From Octopus vulgaris (Eukaryota): a stretch of DNA of 64,000 nucleotides. Numbering within the stretch: position 1 is the first letter of the stretch; the number at the start of each line of letters is the position of its first letter. The notes under the pieces were generated by a model. It was not told the DNA's origin, did not search any database, and saw only the letters and a list, made by a program, of their open reading frames with translations. The position numbers were made by a program, and so were the translations under genes. The stretch lies in the NCBI GenBank assembly GCA_951406725.2, contig OX597834.1, positions 29,140,001 to 29,204,000 on the forward strand, in the 5' to 3' direction. Positions 40,150 through 54,223 of the stretch are shown here, one piece after another.

Positions 40150-40380
40150 TATTTCTTTATTACCCACAAGAGGCTAAACACAGAGGGGACAAACAAGGAC
40201 AGACATAGGTATTAAGTCGATTACATCGACCCCTGTGCATAACTGGTACTTAATTTATCGACCCCGAAAGGATGAAAGGCAAAGTCGACCTCGGCGGAAT
40301 TTGAACTCACAACGTAACGCAGATGAAATACCGCTAAGCATTTCGCCCGGCGTGCTAACGTTTCTGCCAGCTCACCGCCT
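40150..40380 (-). mobile_element. SINE family B
   Basis: Near-identical to 61085-61316. Confidence 0.88.
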
Positions 40381-40664
40381 ATACCACTATACTGATGACA
40401 ACAGCACCAACCGCCACCACCACAATCATCACCACTGCCACCACTACTATCACAGCTATTATTATTGATCATTTACAAAGTATAAAGTGCAAGAAAATAA
40501 TAATGATAATAATAATAATAATCTTTTCTTTTTACAGCACAAGGCTTGGAATGTTGGAAGGAAGGAGATTAAGTCAATTACATTGACCCCAGTGCTTGAT
40601 GGGTACTTATTTCACCAACCCCGAAAGATGAAAGGCAAAGTTAACCTTGAGGAAATTTGGAAGC

Positions 40665-41050
40665 AGGACATAGTGGCTGTGTGGTAAGTAGCTTGCTAAC
40701 CAGCCACATGGTTCCAGGTTCAGTCCCACTGTGTGGCATCTTGGGCAAGTGTCTTCTGCTATAGCCCCGGGCCGACCAATGCCTTGTGAGTGGATTTGGT
40801 AGACGAAAACTGAAAGAAGCCTGTCGTATATATGTATATATATACAAGTGTGTGTGTCTGTGTTTGTCCCCCTAGCATTGCTTGACAACCGATGCTGGTG
40901 TGTTTACATCCCTGTCACTTAGTGGTTCGGCAAAAGAGACCGATAGAATAAGTACTGGGCTTACAAAGAATAAGTCCCGGGATCGATTTGCTCGACTAAA
41001 GGCGGTGCTCCAGCATGGCCGCAGTCAAATGACTGAAACAAGTAAAAAAG
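40665..41050 (+). mobile_element. SINE family A, full length
   Basis: tRNA-like head, CORE-like TCTTGGGCAAGTG, internal TA/TG tract, tail GGCGGTGCTCCAGCATGGCCGCAGTCAAATGACTGAAACAAG. Confidence 0.88.
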
Positions 41051-41092
41051 AAAAAAATATGGACAAATAAAATGCCACTAAAATTTTCTTTT

Positions 41093-41965
41093 CTGATGCA
41101 TTTGTAGGCTTAATAAAAGTAGAATAGAGTAAAGAACGAAAAAAGTGTTTTTATTTTCAAAAAGTACATAAAATGCCATTTTGTTTCAATTGGTACCGTT
41201 TGTGATGTCTTGTTTCAATTTGTTTTCAGATGCCAACAACAATTGGACATGGTACTTCACTGCAGAAACATTTATCAAGAGCAACAAATCTGTAACTGCA
41301 ACACAAAGAGTGCTCTGTGTGCACTTCAGGCACGGTAGACATGAGATCCTGTACCTGCTTAAAATTCTGCAGCTTTAGAATTTGGCATTTGGCATTTGGG
41401 ATCTGTACTTCTTCAAAGAAGACAATGTTACAGTGACTGTGAACTCTAATCGATATTGTGTGATGCTAGAGACTTTTCTGAAACCTAAATGGAATGAACT
41501 TGACGATAGGGACAATGTTTGGTTCCAGCAGAATGGAACAACAGCCCACACTTCTTGACATTTGACGGGGATTTTGAGGGAGATATTCCTCGGTTGTTTT
41601 ATCTCATTGGCTTGCCTGATCACCTGTTTTGAACCCGTGTGATATTTTTCTGTGGGGATACCTGAAATCAAAGGTATACACTCATCACTCTCAATCTATT
41701 GAACAATTAAAAGATACCATTCATCAAGAAATTGTTGCCATTCCACATGAAATGACCCGTCAAGTTATGGACAACTTTCATGAACGCTTTCGACAGTGCA
41801 GACAGCAACAGCATCGACATGACTGATTTAATCTTTAAAACCAAATGAAACAAAATGGTATTATATGTACATTTTCAAAATGAAGACGCATTTTTCAGTT
41901 TTTGCTCTATTTTGCTTTTATTAAACCTGCAAATACGTCAGATCATTTTGCTGCTGCGCCCTGTA
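41093..41965 (+). mobile_element. Decayed Tc1/mariner-superfamily DNA transposon with long TIRs
   Basis: Frames read KSVTATQR..HF, VTVNSNRYCVMLETFL, VWFQQNGTTAHTS, LNPCDIFLWGYLKSKVY; about 100-bp inverted repeats at 41093-41195 and 41840-41942; terminus CCCTG|TA. Confidence 0.88.
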
Positions 41966-42221
41966 TATTTCTTTACTACCCACAAGGGGCTAAACACCGA
42001 GGGGACAAACAAGGACAGACAAACAGATTAAGTCGATTACATCGAACCCAGTGTGTAACTGGTACTTAATTTATCGACCCCGAAAGGATGAAAGGCAAAG
42101 TTTACTTAATCATTGACATTTGAATTGTTATGTTAATGTTAATACTAAATATGGCTATGCATTTTCTAGATGGTGTAATTTAATTGTTCATTTTGAATAC
42201 ACACAAGGACATATATATATT

Positions 42222-42252
<31 letters not shown>

Positions 42253-43274
42253 GTTATATACAGTATACATATATAGATATATATATAAATATGTATATAT
42301 GTATGTACGTATGGATGCATGTATGCATGAATATAATTACACATCTATTTAAATAACTGATTAACAGAAAAACTTTTAAATCTTTGAGAGGGGAGGGTGG
42401 TGTGGTGGTGTGGTGTGTTCAAAGAACTAATCACTGTCACAAAGATATTTCGATTTCCAAGACTGAAGAATTTAAGAATTTATGTAAGAAAATAAATCTT
42501 CTTCAATGACTAACATATGAATGTCTGCAGAAAGTGATTAACTGTGAAAGAAGGAATTAGAGAGGGTGATTATTAGCTCCCAAATATCTCTTATTCTGCT
42601 TCTTTTGACTGTGTAGTTAAGAAATTCACTTCACTGTCCCATAGTTCTGGATTCAATCCCATTGCACAGTTACATAGGAAAGTGTCAGCCATGAGTCCAA
42701 GGACTCATAAGATTTACCTGGTCTCCATGATGTGTAAGTGTGATAGCATGTGGCCTAGTAGTTGGGACTCGTGATCCTAAGGCTGTGATTTCGATTCTTG
42801 GATTGGTAGACATGTTGTGTTCTTGAGCAAAATATTTTATTTCACATTGCTCAAGTCTACTCAGCTGGCAAAAATGAGCAATCCTGTGACAGACTGGCAC
42901 CCTGTCCCATGGCGAGGGTGAATATATGTGCCACAAAACCTGGGAAACTGGCCCTATGAATAAACATGACTGCAGGAAGTATCCCATGTTGTATAGGCTG
43001 ACTAAGACTACAACACAAGGACACATACCTTCACTTGGAAAAGGGTATTCTACCAGAAATTTTGACCGCTTTGCTCCCAGTCCACCCCCTCTCCCACCAC
43101 TTCTGATTAAGTCATCCACGCATTAACAGCAAGTAGCAACTGTTTCTAATAGAGCCTTCTGAGAATTGTAATTTATTTAGGCATCAGTAAGCAAATGTGT
43201 ACCAACAAGGAGAACTATAACCGTCACTGAATATGGCTGAGCATTATAAACACCTACATTGTATGTATGTATAT

Positions 43275-43402
<128 letters not shown>

Positions 43403-43488
43403 ATGCATATATATGCATTTATAAACATGCATAAATATACACACACATATATATATGTATATAAGTGAATATATGTATGTATATATAC

Positions 43489-43521
<33 letters not shown>

Positions 43522-43607
43522 TACAATGTACAAATATATATATTTCATGCAAATGCAAACAGATGCTCAAATATATGAATGCACACGTGTATATACACAC
43601 AAATACT

Positions 43608-43648
<41 letters not shown>

Positions 43649-44186
43649 TACACACACATGTGCATAAATGCGCAGGGTTTATCTTTTTTGAAATAAATAC
43701 GTCTATGATACATTTGAACTAAAATTTCAACAAAATACATTAGCATTATGTAAATCATTTGAAACTTTTTAGAAGATTAATGAGGTTACATACTGAACAA
43801 GAAAATTAGGAGAGGCAGAGGGAGGGGGGGAAGAAAGAAAGATGATTGCTGTTGGTGTTGTTGTCTGTGTTGTTGTTGTTGTTGTTGTTGCTGATATTGT
43901 CATTGTAAATAGTTTTATGTAATGGAGATGGATTGAAGAGAAGAGAGCGATAAACAACTTTGAGATTTAGTTGTGATGTTGGTTATACTTAAACCTAATC
44001 TAGTGCAATGATGTAGTGATGTATATCTTGTTTCCTTGCTTCTCTTCCTCTCTGGACTAACTCTTTCCTTATCTCTAATCATTTGTTACACTATTTTCAT
44101 TCTAGTACACTTATCCACACATACATCTTTTTTGTTCTTCTCTCTCTTCTATTCATTCTCTCTATCTCTCTCTTTTGAGATATGCA

Positions 44187-44418
44187 AGGTGGCGAGCTGG
44201 CAGAAACGTTAGCACGCTGGACGAAATGCTTAGCCGTATTTTGTCTGCCGTTACGTTCTGAGTTCAAATTCCGCCGAGGTTGACTTTACCTTTCATCCTT
44301 TCAGGGTCGATTAAATAAGTACCAGTTACGCACTGGGGTCGATATAATCGACTTAATCCGTTTGTCTGTCCTTGTTTGTCCTCTCTGTGTTTAGCCCCTT
44401 GTGGGTAGTAAAGAAATA
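44187..44418 (+). mobile_element. SINE family B
   Basis: Matches 26316-26540. Confidence 0.88.
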
Positions 44419-45471
44419 GATATGCAAGCCACAGATTCAGTTCTGCAAGATACCTACTCCTGTCCCTCAATTTTAGTTCCTTATCCCTCAGTGCTATACC
44501 CCACTCTGTCGAGAGGTCTTGTCTTGCAAGTATTCAACCTGTGTTGATGCTATGAAAAAAAGCAGCCAATCCACTCTAAGGTTGGTTTTAGGAAGGCCAT
44601 CAAGCAGCAGAAGCCAAAGTAGGCAATAAAGCTTGACACAGCTCTTTTGCTTGTCCATGTCAAACCATCCAACCCAACCAGCATAGAAAGAGGGGGAAGA
44701 GGTTAAATAATTATAATGATGATAGGATATGGATGTGTGGTTAAAAATTTGCTTCCCAACCACATGTTTCTGGATTCCGTCCAACTGCATGGTACCTTGG
44801 ACAAGTTTCTTCTACCATGGTGACAGTGAAGATCAGGAGTGATATGTTGTATTCTTAAGTACTATAAGTTAGCCTACCATAACTTTTTATCAAAGGGTAT
44901 CAGTTTAAATTTTCATCATTTCAATACATGAAAATGTGTAGGACATTCAGCTTAAGGATTTGGGGTTAGCAGCAGTTATTTGGGGTCACAGACTAGACCT
45001 GCCAAATTTGGTGTGTGCCTTCTATGCTGGAAAATAAGGTATATTGTATGATGGACAAAGAAACTGCAAGAGACAAGACTGAGAAGAGACACTCTTTCTA
45101 CTTTTGCCAAATCATCATCAACTTCAGTAAGTTGCACTTGGCAACAACAACAAAAACAAAAGCAACAACAACATAAACAATAACAACAGCAATTATCATA
45201 ACAAAAATGATAAAATTGGTGTTCCATATTAATTCAGTCAGTCAGTCAGACATGGCAAGAATGGAATGGCGACAACGAAGGAGTCCCAACTCTTGTATAA
45301 AGTAGATTAAAGATTTATTTATTTTAATAAATGGAAACTAACATTTTTTTTGTAAAGAGATTTGGAATTTCATTTTTTGTTTAAAATAAATAAAAAAAAA
45401 GATTGAATAAATAAATCAATAAAATTTGAAATAAGTTGTCTTTTGTTAATGAATAACATTGTGGTGTAAAT

Positions 45472-45586
<115 letters not shown>

Positions 45587-45648
45587 ATGATGATGATGAT
45601 GATATATATATATATATCATATATATATATATGAATATATATATATAT

Positions 45649-45718
<70 letters not shown>

Positions 45719-46449
45719 CACGCATACATATACACATAATATATATACACATATATACATACATGTGCACACGCACACACATCTATACAAATGTGTGTGT
45801 GTGTGTGTGTATATATATTAAATATGTTACACATCATTACTTATTAACAAAAGAAAACATACATATACAAAATATGCTTTACATATGCATATAGGTAGAT
45901 GTATAATACCTGTGTATATATATATGTGATGTGTGTGCATTTATATATACGTATATATATGTGTGTGTGTATGTAATTGTATTTTTACGCACACATTCAA
46001 AATTTTTGTCACTTATGGAATTGTTTTATTTCTCAAATTTTATTTTATTTTTCAATTTAAAAAAATACAAAATGAAATTCCAAACTCTTTAATAAAAAGT
46101 TGGTTTTTCTTTCTAAGAAGTCTTTATTTAAAATTAATCTTTAATCCACTTTATAAAGAAATATATATTTACGATTTAAGTTAAACAACAAACTTTATGC
46201 ACGCACATGAGGCACTGTGATGAGCTGGAATTGCAAAGAGACATCACGAGATACCATCATATGGTACAGAGGCAGAATTAGCAGTTTAGACAGAAATTAG
46301 TAAGCTGTGGCATCAATGGGTAAAAGACATTTTGGCACGGCTGCTTTGGCGCTCATCATTTGGCATTGATGATTCAACGCTGACTTAGGTTCCCTACTTC
46401 ATTGTTTCCCCACTATCTATCTGCCTATCTGTCTCTTTTTCTCTTTTTT

Positions 46450-46643
46450 TCTCTTTTACTTGTTTCAGTCATTTGACTACGGCCATGCTGGAGCACCGCC
46501 TTTAGTTGAGCAAATCGACCCTGGGACTTATTTTTTGTAAGCCCAGTACTTATTCTATCGGTCTCTTTTGCCGAACCACTAAGTGACGGGGACGTAAACA
46601 CACCAGCATCGATTGTCAAGCAATGCTAGGGGGACAAACACAG

Positions 46644-46674
<31 letters not shown>

Positions 46675-46846
46675 CATATATACGAGAGGCTTCTTTCAGT
46701 TTCCGTCTACCAAATCCACTCACAAGGCATTGGTCGGCCCGGAGCTATAGCAGAAGACACTTGCCCAAGATGCCACGCAGTGGGACTGAACCCGGAACCA
46801 TGTGGTTGGTAAGCAGGCTACTTACCACACAGCCACTCCTGCGCCT
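46450..46846 (-). mobile_element. SINE family A, full length
   Basis: Reverse complement of 40665-41050. Confidence 0.88.
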
Positions 46847-46873
46847 ATATCTATCTATGTCTATCTATTTATA

Positions 46874-47039
46874 TTTTACAATTAGGGTTCAGCAAAGATT
46901 TGCTTTACCACATACCGAAGTTTAGAAATAGCAGCCAGAGAACCTTAGCTATTTCCTCTACTTTAAGGTTCTCTGGCTGCTATTTCTAAACTTCAGTATG
47001 TGGTAAAGCAAATCTTTGCTGGACACCTAATTATAAAAT
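46874..47039. repeat. Near-perfect ~75-bp-arm inverted repeat (foldback)
   Basis: CAGCAAAGATTTGCTTTACCACATACCGAAGTTTAGAAATAGCAGCCAGAGAACCTTA, 16-nt spacer, then the reverse complement with one mismatch in this core. Confidence 0.9.
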
Positions 47040-47356
47040 TTTACTTAAGTTTACCACGAAATGGTCCCTTTTCATGCCGAATTCTACTTGGTGAAATTAT
47101 TGATTACTAGTTAATTAATTAATTTTACCCTTTGTTATTATTGTCTATCTATTTATATGTATGTGTATGTGTGTATGTATATGCATGTGTGTAGGTTGGT
47201 AGAAACGTATGTATGTGTGTGTGTGTATGTATATGTGTGTAGGTAGGTAGAAATGTATGTATGTATGTATGTCTATAGGTAGGTATATGATACTACATAT
47301 ATATATATATAATGATAAATCTCAGAGCGAGTTATGAACAGTAGCGGTAACACATC

Positions 47357-47517
47357 GTGACACATATTTGCCATTTGAATATGGCTCACCCATAAGGGTG
47401 AGAGGACACAGGTAGTGTGTCTATAGCCAGCTGGAGGAGATATCTTCCTGGGGCTACAAACTACAGTAGCATCCACCCTTATGGGTGAGCCATATTCAAA
47501 TGGCAAATATGCGTCAC
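47357..47517. mobile_element. MITE-like element with 44-bp TIRs
   Basis: GTGACACATATTTGCCATTTGAATATGGCTCACCCATAAGGGTG / CACCCTTATGGGTGAGCCATATTCAAATGGCAAATATGCGTCAC (one mismatch); right end abuts (TA)n. Confidence 0.75.
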
Positions 47518-47795
47518 TATATATATATATGTATATATATATATGTATACCATTGATGAACGTAACCTTTCATTCCTTCAGAGGTTTAATAAAATAGAAT
47601 TGATATCAGTAATATACTGAGGTCTATAGAAGAAGTGAAACCCACAATGTTGCCTTTAAAATTTTGCCATCATGGGAAAAATCAGTTATTATTAGTTCTA
47701 ATGAAAACATGTTTAGCCACCACTACAATTACAACCATCACCAAAACTGTAAAACCTCTTTATTTTTGTTCCCCACCACCACCACCACTACCACC

Positions 47796-47857
<62 letters not shown>

Positions 47858-48189
47858 CATCATCATCAGCAGAACCACCACAGCAAATGACAACAGCTAC
47901 AGCAACAACCATCATCACCACCACCACAAATGTAACAACAATAACAACAACAACAATGCTAATGGTTATTCAAGTACGTTTCTGTGATTTCATTGGTCTG
48001 AACAATATGGAAAGAGAAAGAAAGATAGATAGGCAGAGAAACAGACAGACAGACAGATAGAAAAAGGGATAGATAGATAGATAGATAGATAGGATAAGAT
48101 ATATACACACACATATATAGAGGGAGAAAGAGAGAGAGAAATAAAGATAGAGAGACACAGACATACACACAGATAGAAAGCTACACGGA

Positions 48190-48196
48190 TAGATAG

Positions 48197-48293
<97 letters not shown>

Positions 48294-48318
48294 GAGATAG
48301 ACAGATAGATAGATAGAG

Positions 48319-48409
<91 letters not shown>

Positions 48410-48413
48410 GAAT

Positions 48414-48470
<57 letters not shown>
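48190..48470. repeat. (GATA)n microsatellite
   Basis: Direct inspection. Confidence 0.95.
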
Positions 48471-48770
48471 ACAGTAGACAGATAAAGAGAGAGAAGGGGA
48501 GGAAACTGGGGCGGTAAAGGAGAGAGAGATGTGACAGTTCTAAGCCATTTAATTAGTGGTTTTGTTGACTCCATCACATCAGTAATTATGGCAGACAACA
48601 TGATGAATCTTTCACATGGACAAATTCATTATCTTCACTAGCTTACCTCTCTCTCTCTCTCTCTCTCGTTGTATGACTTGTGGAAGACTGCCTGGTTGTG
48701 TGATTGGCTGTTTCTCCTGGGCTATACTTGGTTTTTGGCTTGCAGGTTTGCTGGTTTGATGACTGGTTAA

Positions 48771-49001
<231 letters not shown>

Positions 49002-49042
49002 AACGCAGAGGATATCTTATTAAATCATTGAGATTTCATAAA

Positions 49043-49080
49043 CTGTTACTCAGAGTTTCAGTAAACTGATCATCAGACGG
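49043..49080 (-). ncRNA. Minimal hammerhead-like motif with canonical core
   Basis: Minus strand CCGT-CTGATGA-TCAGTTTACT-GAA-ACTC-T-GAGT-A-ACAG; canonical CUGAUGA, GAAA and GUA; weak stems I and II. Confidence 0.55.
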
Positions 49081-49221
49081 CCATGAATACTTGGAGTAAT
49101 ATTGTCTGGTGATAATTGCATGGAACTCTGAGAAACTGTTTGCGAAGTCTTTCCAGCTTCAATGAATTACTATTTTGCTCAACCATTGGTATCTGAGTAG
49201 CTTTTATATATATATAACAAA

Positions 49222-49445
49222 GCCGTTGCCAGCCTCGCCTGGCACCTGTGCCGGTGGCACGTAAAAAACACCCACTACACTCTCGGAGTGGTTGGCATTA
49301 GGAAGGGCATCCAGCTGTAGAAACATTGCCAGATCAGACTGGGCCTGGTGCAGCCTTCTGGCTTCCCAGACCTCAGTTGAACCGTCCAACCCATGCAAGC
49401 ATGGAAAGCAGACGCTAAACGATGATGATGATGATGATGATGATG
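49222..49445 (+). mobile_element. Family E
   Basis: Conserved tail followed by (GAT)n. Confidence 0.82.
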
Positions 49446-49496
49446 TATGTATGTATGTATCTATCTGTGTGTATGTCTGTCTACCTTTCTACCTAC

Positions 49497-49548
<52 letters not shown>

Positions 49549-49556
49549 ATATCTAT

Positions 49557-49610
<54 letters not shown>

Positions 49611-50034
49611 CTGTGTGTCTGTCCGTCTCACAGACAGAATGTGGCCGATGCCAGTATTGCGTAACAAGAACCCATGCTGGTGGCATGTAGAAAAGCACCT
49701 TACGTTAGATATCGAGGAGGCAACAAGAAACGACCAAAACCTTTGACAATATGCTGTGCTCGAGAAGAAGACACATCAAGCCAAGTGAAATTGTAGTCAT
49801 AGCAGATACTGGTGTCATGGCAAAAAACATCCATTACATCATTGTTTAAAGTCCATTTTCCATGCTGGCATGGATTGGACAGTTTGATTGAGGTCTGGAG
49901 AGCCAGCGGTTGCACCAGGCTCCAATCTGATCAGGCAATGTTTCTACAGCTGGATGCCCTTCCAAATACCAACCACTCTGAAAGTGTAGTGGGTGGTTTT
50001 TACGTGCCACCGACATGTGAGCCAGTCAGGCAGC

Positions 50035-50080
<46 letters not shown>

Positions 50081-50239
50081 TTATATATAATGATATATGT
50101 GCCTGTATGAATCTATGTGTATGTATATGTTTGTATATATGTGTGGGTCAGCAGAAGTGTGTGTTTATATAAAGATATGAAAGTAAATCCATACAATTGT
50201 TTCATATCCATACACACATACATAGATATATATATCTGC

Positions 50240-50271
<32 letters not shown>

Positions 50272-50883
50272 GATATATATATATATATGACATATGTATA
50301 TATGTATGTATGTATGTATACATATATGTATAGATAATATATATATATTCATGCTTGTGTGTACATGTATGGGATATCCTTCGCTAATTAAGCTCCTATT
50401 AATAATTGCCTTCTCTTTCTCTGTGAGTCCCTGCACCAACCAACAATCACTAAAACACACAAATAAATATAGAAAGCAAACTACAACAATGCAAATAAAA
50501 AAACATGAAAACCCGGACTAGTTTGAAAGGCAGCAGTGAGGCTAGAGTTAGAGTTGAATAACAACAACAGCAAAAATATGTGGACATTATCCGACATCTG
50601 TCTATCTCACTCCCAGTGTGTCTGTCTGTGTGTCCAAGTCAGACAGTCCTCACTGAACCATGCAATGCAAGCTAACTGTCTCTATGTTAAAGGAAGTCCA
50701 TTTTCTGCGATAGAAACCCAAGGTGTCAGTGTTGTTTCGTAAAGGTCAACTCTTTTACTGGTTTCTGAGTCTCGACAGGAAAGCTTTGATTTGACCGGAA
50801 TTTGGTCGTGTGTTAAGCCAAGGCATTTTTCCTTTTTTTGATTTATTTCTTGGTATTTTTCTGTCTTTGAGAATGCTGCATGC

Positions 50884-50914
<31 letters not shown>

Positions 50915-51039
50915 ATGTGTGTGTCTGATACATGTCTGTTCTGTGGGTGTATGTGTGTCCATTCCATGTTTAACCATAGGAAAATGCCAGTTTAATGTAA
51001 ACACTATGGCAATGCGCGTGTGTGTGTGTGTGTGTGTGT

Positions 51040-51195
51040 GTTTTTTTTTTCTCTCTGTGTATCTTTCTGTTGAAGAGCGTAGGCTCGAAATGTTAAAGAC
51101 TTGTTTTATTTATATTTCCTGAGCGCCATACTAATACAATTGTTCGTTTGTTTTCCACCTGCCTTCGTCTTTTGTCTATTTTCATAAAGCTTCCC
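51040..51195 (+). mobile_element. Family H element (partial)
   Basis: TCTTT-CTGTTGAA-GAGC-GTAG-GCTC-GAAA-TGTT-AAAGA and downstream similarity to 34700-34800. Confidence 0.7.
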
Positions 51196-51199
51196 GTTA

Positions 51200-51232
<33 letters not shown>

Positions 51233-51364
51233 TAAACGTGTATCCAGATATATCTTTATATACACATGTATGTACAGATAGATATGCATACACATATACA
51301 TATACGTAGAAAATAGATACGTAAAAATATAGTATAAAGTAATATATAAATATATAGGTATATA

Positions 51365-51400
<36 letters not shown>

Positions 51401-51780
51401 AAGCATATAAATAAGTAATATATAATGTAAAAATAAAAGTTCATCGTTTAGAAAATCTTTTAAAAATTACTTTCCAAATAGGGGAAACCTATAGTTAAAA
51501 ACCAGTGTCCAAGCAAAAAAGAAGAAACCATATTTACATTTAAAAAAAAAATATATTTCTTAATCGCTTAAGTATTAACATTAACCGTGATGAACTGTAT
51601 TCACACATTTTCTCGCACTTTCTTATATGCTTGTACAGATGAGTTTTGTTTCATCTTCCGTGATATCATAAAAGTATATTCTATGATTAAATGTTCAAGA
51701 TATGAAATGTTATGTGGATGACCTTACATTTGTTTGTTCTGTAACCTTAGTTTGATATATATAATATATATCTATATATA

Positions 51781-52365
51781 TTTTTTTTGTCTAGTTTCAG
51801 CTCAGAGCTGCGGCCATGCTGATGCACCGCCGTTTTGTGCTACACTGTTATTACGACGACCTTGTCTAATATGTGGCACTTGGTGAAGAATGGAGTTTGA
51901 TACAGCTACTCTCATTTGCACCTCTTGCCGTGAGGTAGGTTCATCTGGGACTCTTGACAGGAAGATGTCCAGCTTTGATTTAAAAACCGCTACATCTACT
52001 TTGTGCAAGTTCCCCAGACTCTTTGGGAGAATATTAAAAAGCTGTGGGCCCTTGAAACCCAGGCTGTTGCAGAAGCTGGTCCTGAAGCGTGATGGCATTG
52101 CTGGGATCTTTGGCACTATGCAGTGTCGTCCCGTTCTAGCATTGGTGTAGCTTACAATGCCAAAATTTGGCACAATTCCTTCCAGGATCTTCCAGACATA
52201 TATCACTGCATACCTCTCCCATCTTCTCTCCAGCAAGTAGAGTCTTAGCTGTTTCAACCTTTCTCAGTAGCTGAGCTGTTGCAAAGAGACGTTCTTCTAT
52301 GTGAATCTTCTCTGGATTGCTTCAAGGTCCGCTGTTAATTTTACTATGGGTGACCATAGCTGTGA
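51781..52365 (-). mobile_element. CR1/Jockey-group LINE ORF2 C-terminus, 3' tail and A-run
   Basis: WSP...LEAIQRRFT...LSY.ERLKQLRLYLLERRWER...LFNILPKSL...FKSKLDIFLSRVPDEP, with in-frame stops upstream. Confidence 0.88.
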
Positions 52366-52370
52366 GTAAT

Positions 52371-52543
52371 CCATGATAGATGACTAGCTACTACACACAT
52401 TTTTTTTCTCTCCTTGTTTCTTTCTGTAGAAGAGCATAGGCTCAAAACATTAAAGACTTTTTCAATTCCCGAGCGTTATACTTAATACATCTGTTTGTTT
52501 TCTACACCACCTGTCTTTGTCTTTTGTTTTTTGTAAATTCTCC
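52371..52543 (+). mobile_element. Family H element
   Basis: Collinear with 34614-34800; ends at a TA tract. Confidence 0.75.
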
Positions 52544-53223
52544 CTATGTATATATATATATATATATAGTAGACACTTGGTTTTCGGGACTGAAAATGTA
52601 CCTGAGTCTTAAATGAATTGTAGTTTAAATTTTTTATAATAAATTTATTAAGATACCATATCATTTGTTTTAAGACTCTGATGCATTTTCAACACCCAAA
52701 ACCAGCTCATCTGTTTCTTGTATGGAAATAAACCTATTTTCACCATTTCTCCATATACATACATACATACATGCATACATACATATTCTGTTTGCAAAAT
52801 AGATTCTTGGAATTATACACCACACCTGGGGTGGTTGTGGTTGGTCTTGATAGGATGTAAGAAGAATTCTTGGGTATTTAAACCAAGAACAGCAATGTCA
52901 GGCATTGAGAATTGGTAAATTGGTCCCAAATAATTAGTCCATTATTAGAAGAGTTTCTGTGAGATAGCTTTGACTTGTCACGGATGTAGAAACTCATCCA
53001 TTACTTAAGGACAACTTCAATGATGGAATGCCTCTCCAGTTTACTGCAGCCTCCTTCTCTCCTCTTCTCCCTCTTGCACTCTTACTTTCTCACTCTTGCT
53101 CTGATTCTTTCTCTCTCTCCTCTCCTCTATCATCACACACAGATGCGTACCCACATGTGCATACATAAATAAACACATACATGCACATGCACACACACAG
53201 ACATCTGTATATACATACACAAT

Positions 53224-53278
<55 letters not shown>

Positions 53279-53676
53279 CACATATGCATGCACACACACA
53301 TATACATACATATATCAATATATATACAAACATATATATGCACACACACAGATTATTTCTCAACATGCACACTGACACATACACAAACACGCTCACACTC
53401 ACACACACACAGACAATTCATACTTCCTCTAAGACACACACAGATACATTTACCGATGTCATGTTTTACTTTGGCGCCAGGTCTATAGGTTAATAAAACA
53501 GTGATGATTTGGTGAGATTCTTCATCAAATTCTTCCAATTCAATCCAGGATTGGAAATGTCAGACAATCCATGATGACAAATTGAAGAATATTCCATAGC
53601 TACAAGAAATTACCAAAATCTTTATCGCAGAGTCTCACTAGAACTCTGGCAGCTCTTGAGATTTATATTTTTGTTT

Positions 53677-54014
53677 GTATGTATGTATGTATGTATGTAT
53701 TTATGTATGTATTTATGTATGTATATATGTATGTATGTATGTATGTGTGTGTATGTATGTATGTATGTATGTATGTGTGTGTGTGTGTATGTATGTATAA
53801 TGTATGTATGTATGTATGTATGTATGTATGTATGTGTGTGTGTGTGTATGTATGTGTGTATGTGTGTGTGTATGTATGTATGTATGCATGTATGTAGGCA
53901 TGTATGTATGTGTGTGTATGTATGTATGTGTGTATGTATGTATGTGTGTGTGTATGTGTGTATGTGTGTATGTGTGTGTGTATGTATGTATGTATGTATG
54001 TATGTATGTATGTA

Positions 54015-54047
<33 letters not shown>

Positions 54048-54186
54048 ATGTATGTATGTATGTATGTGTGTGTGTGTATGTATGTATGTATGTATGTATG
54101 TATGTGTGTGTGTATGTATGTATGTATGTGTGTGTGTATGTGTGTATGTGTGTATGTGTGTATGTGTGTGTGTATGTATGTATGTA

Positions 54187-54223
<37 letters not shown>

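Noticed and set aside
46217-46383. C/D-box snoRNA (GTGATGA ... CTGA)
   Set aside because: No terminal stem, long spacing, and the motifs are common by chance.
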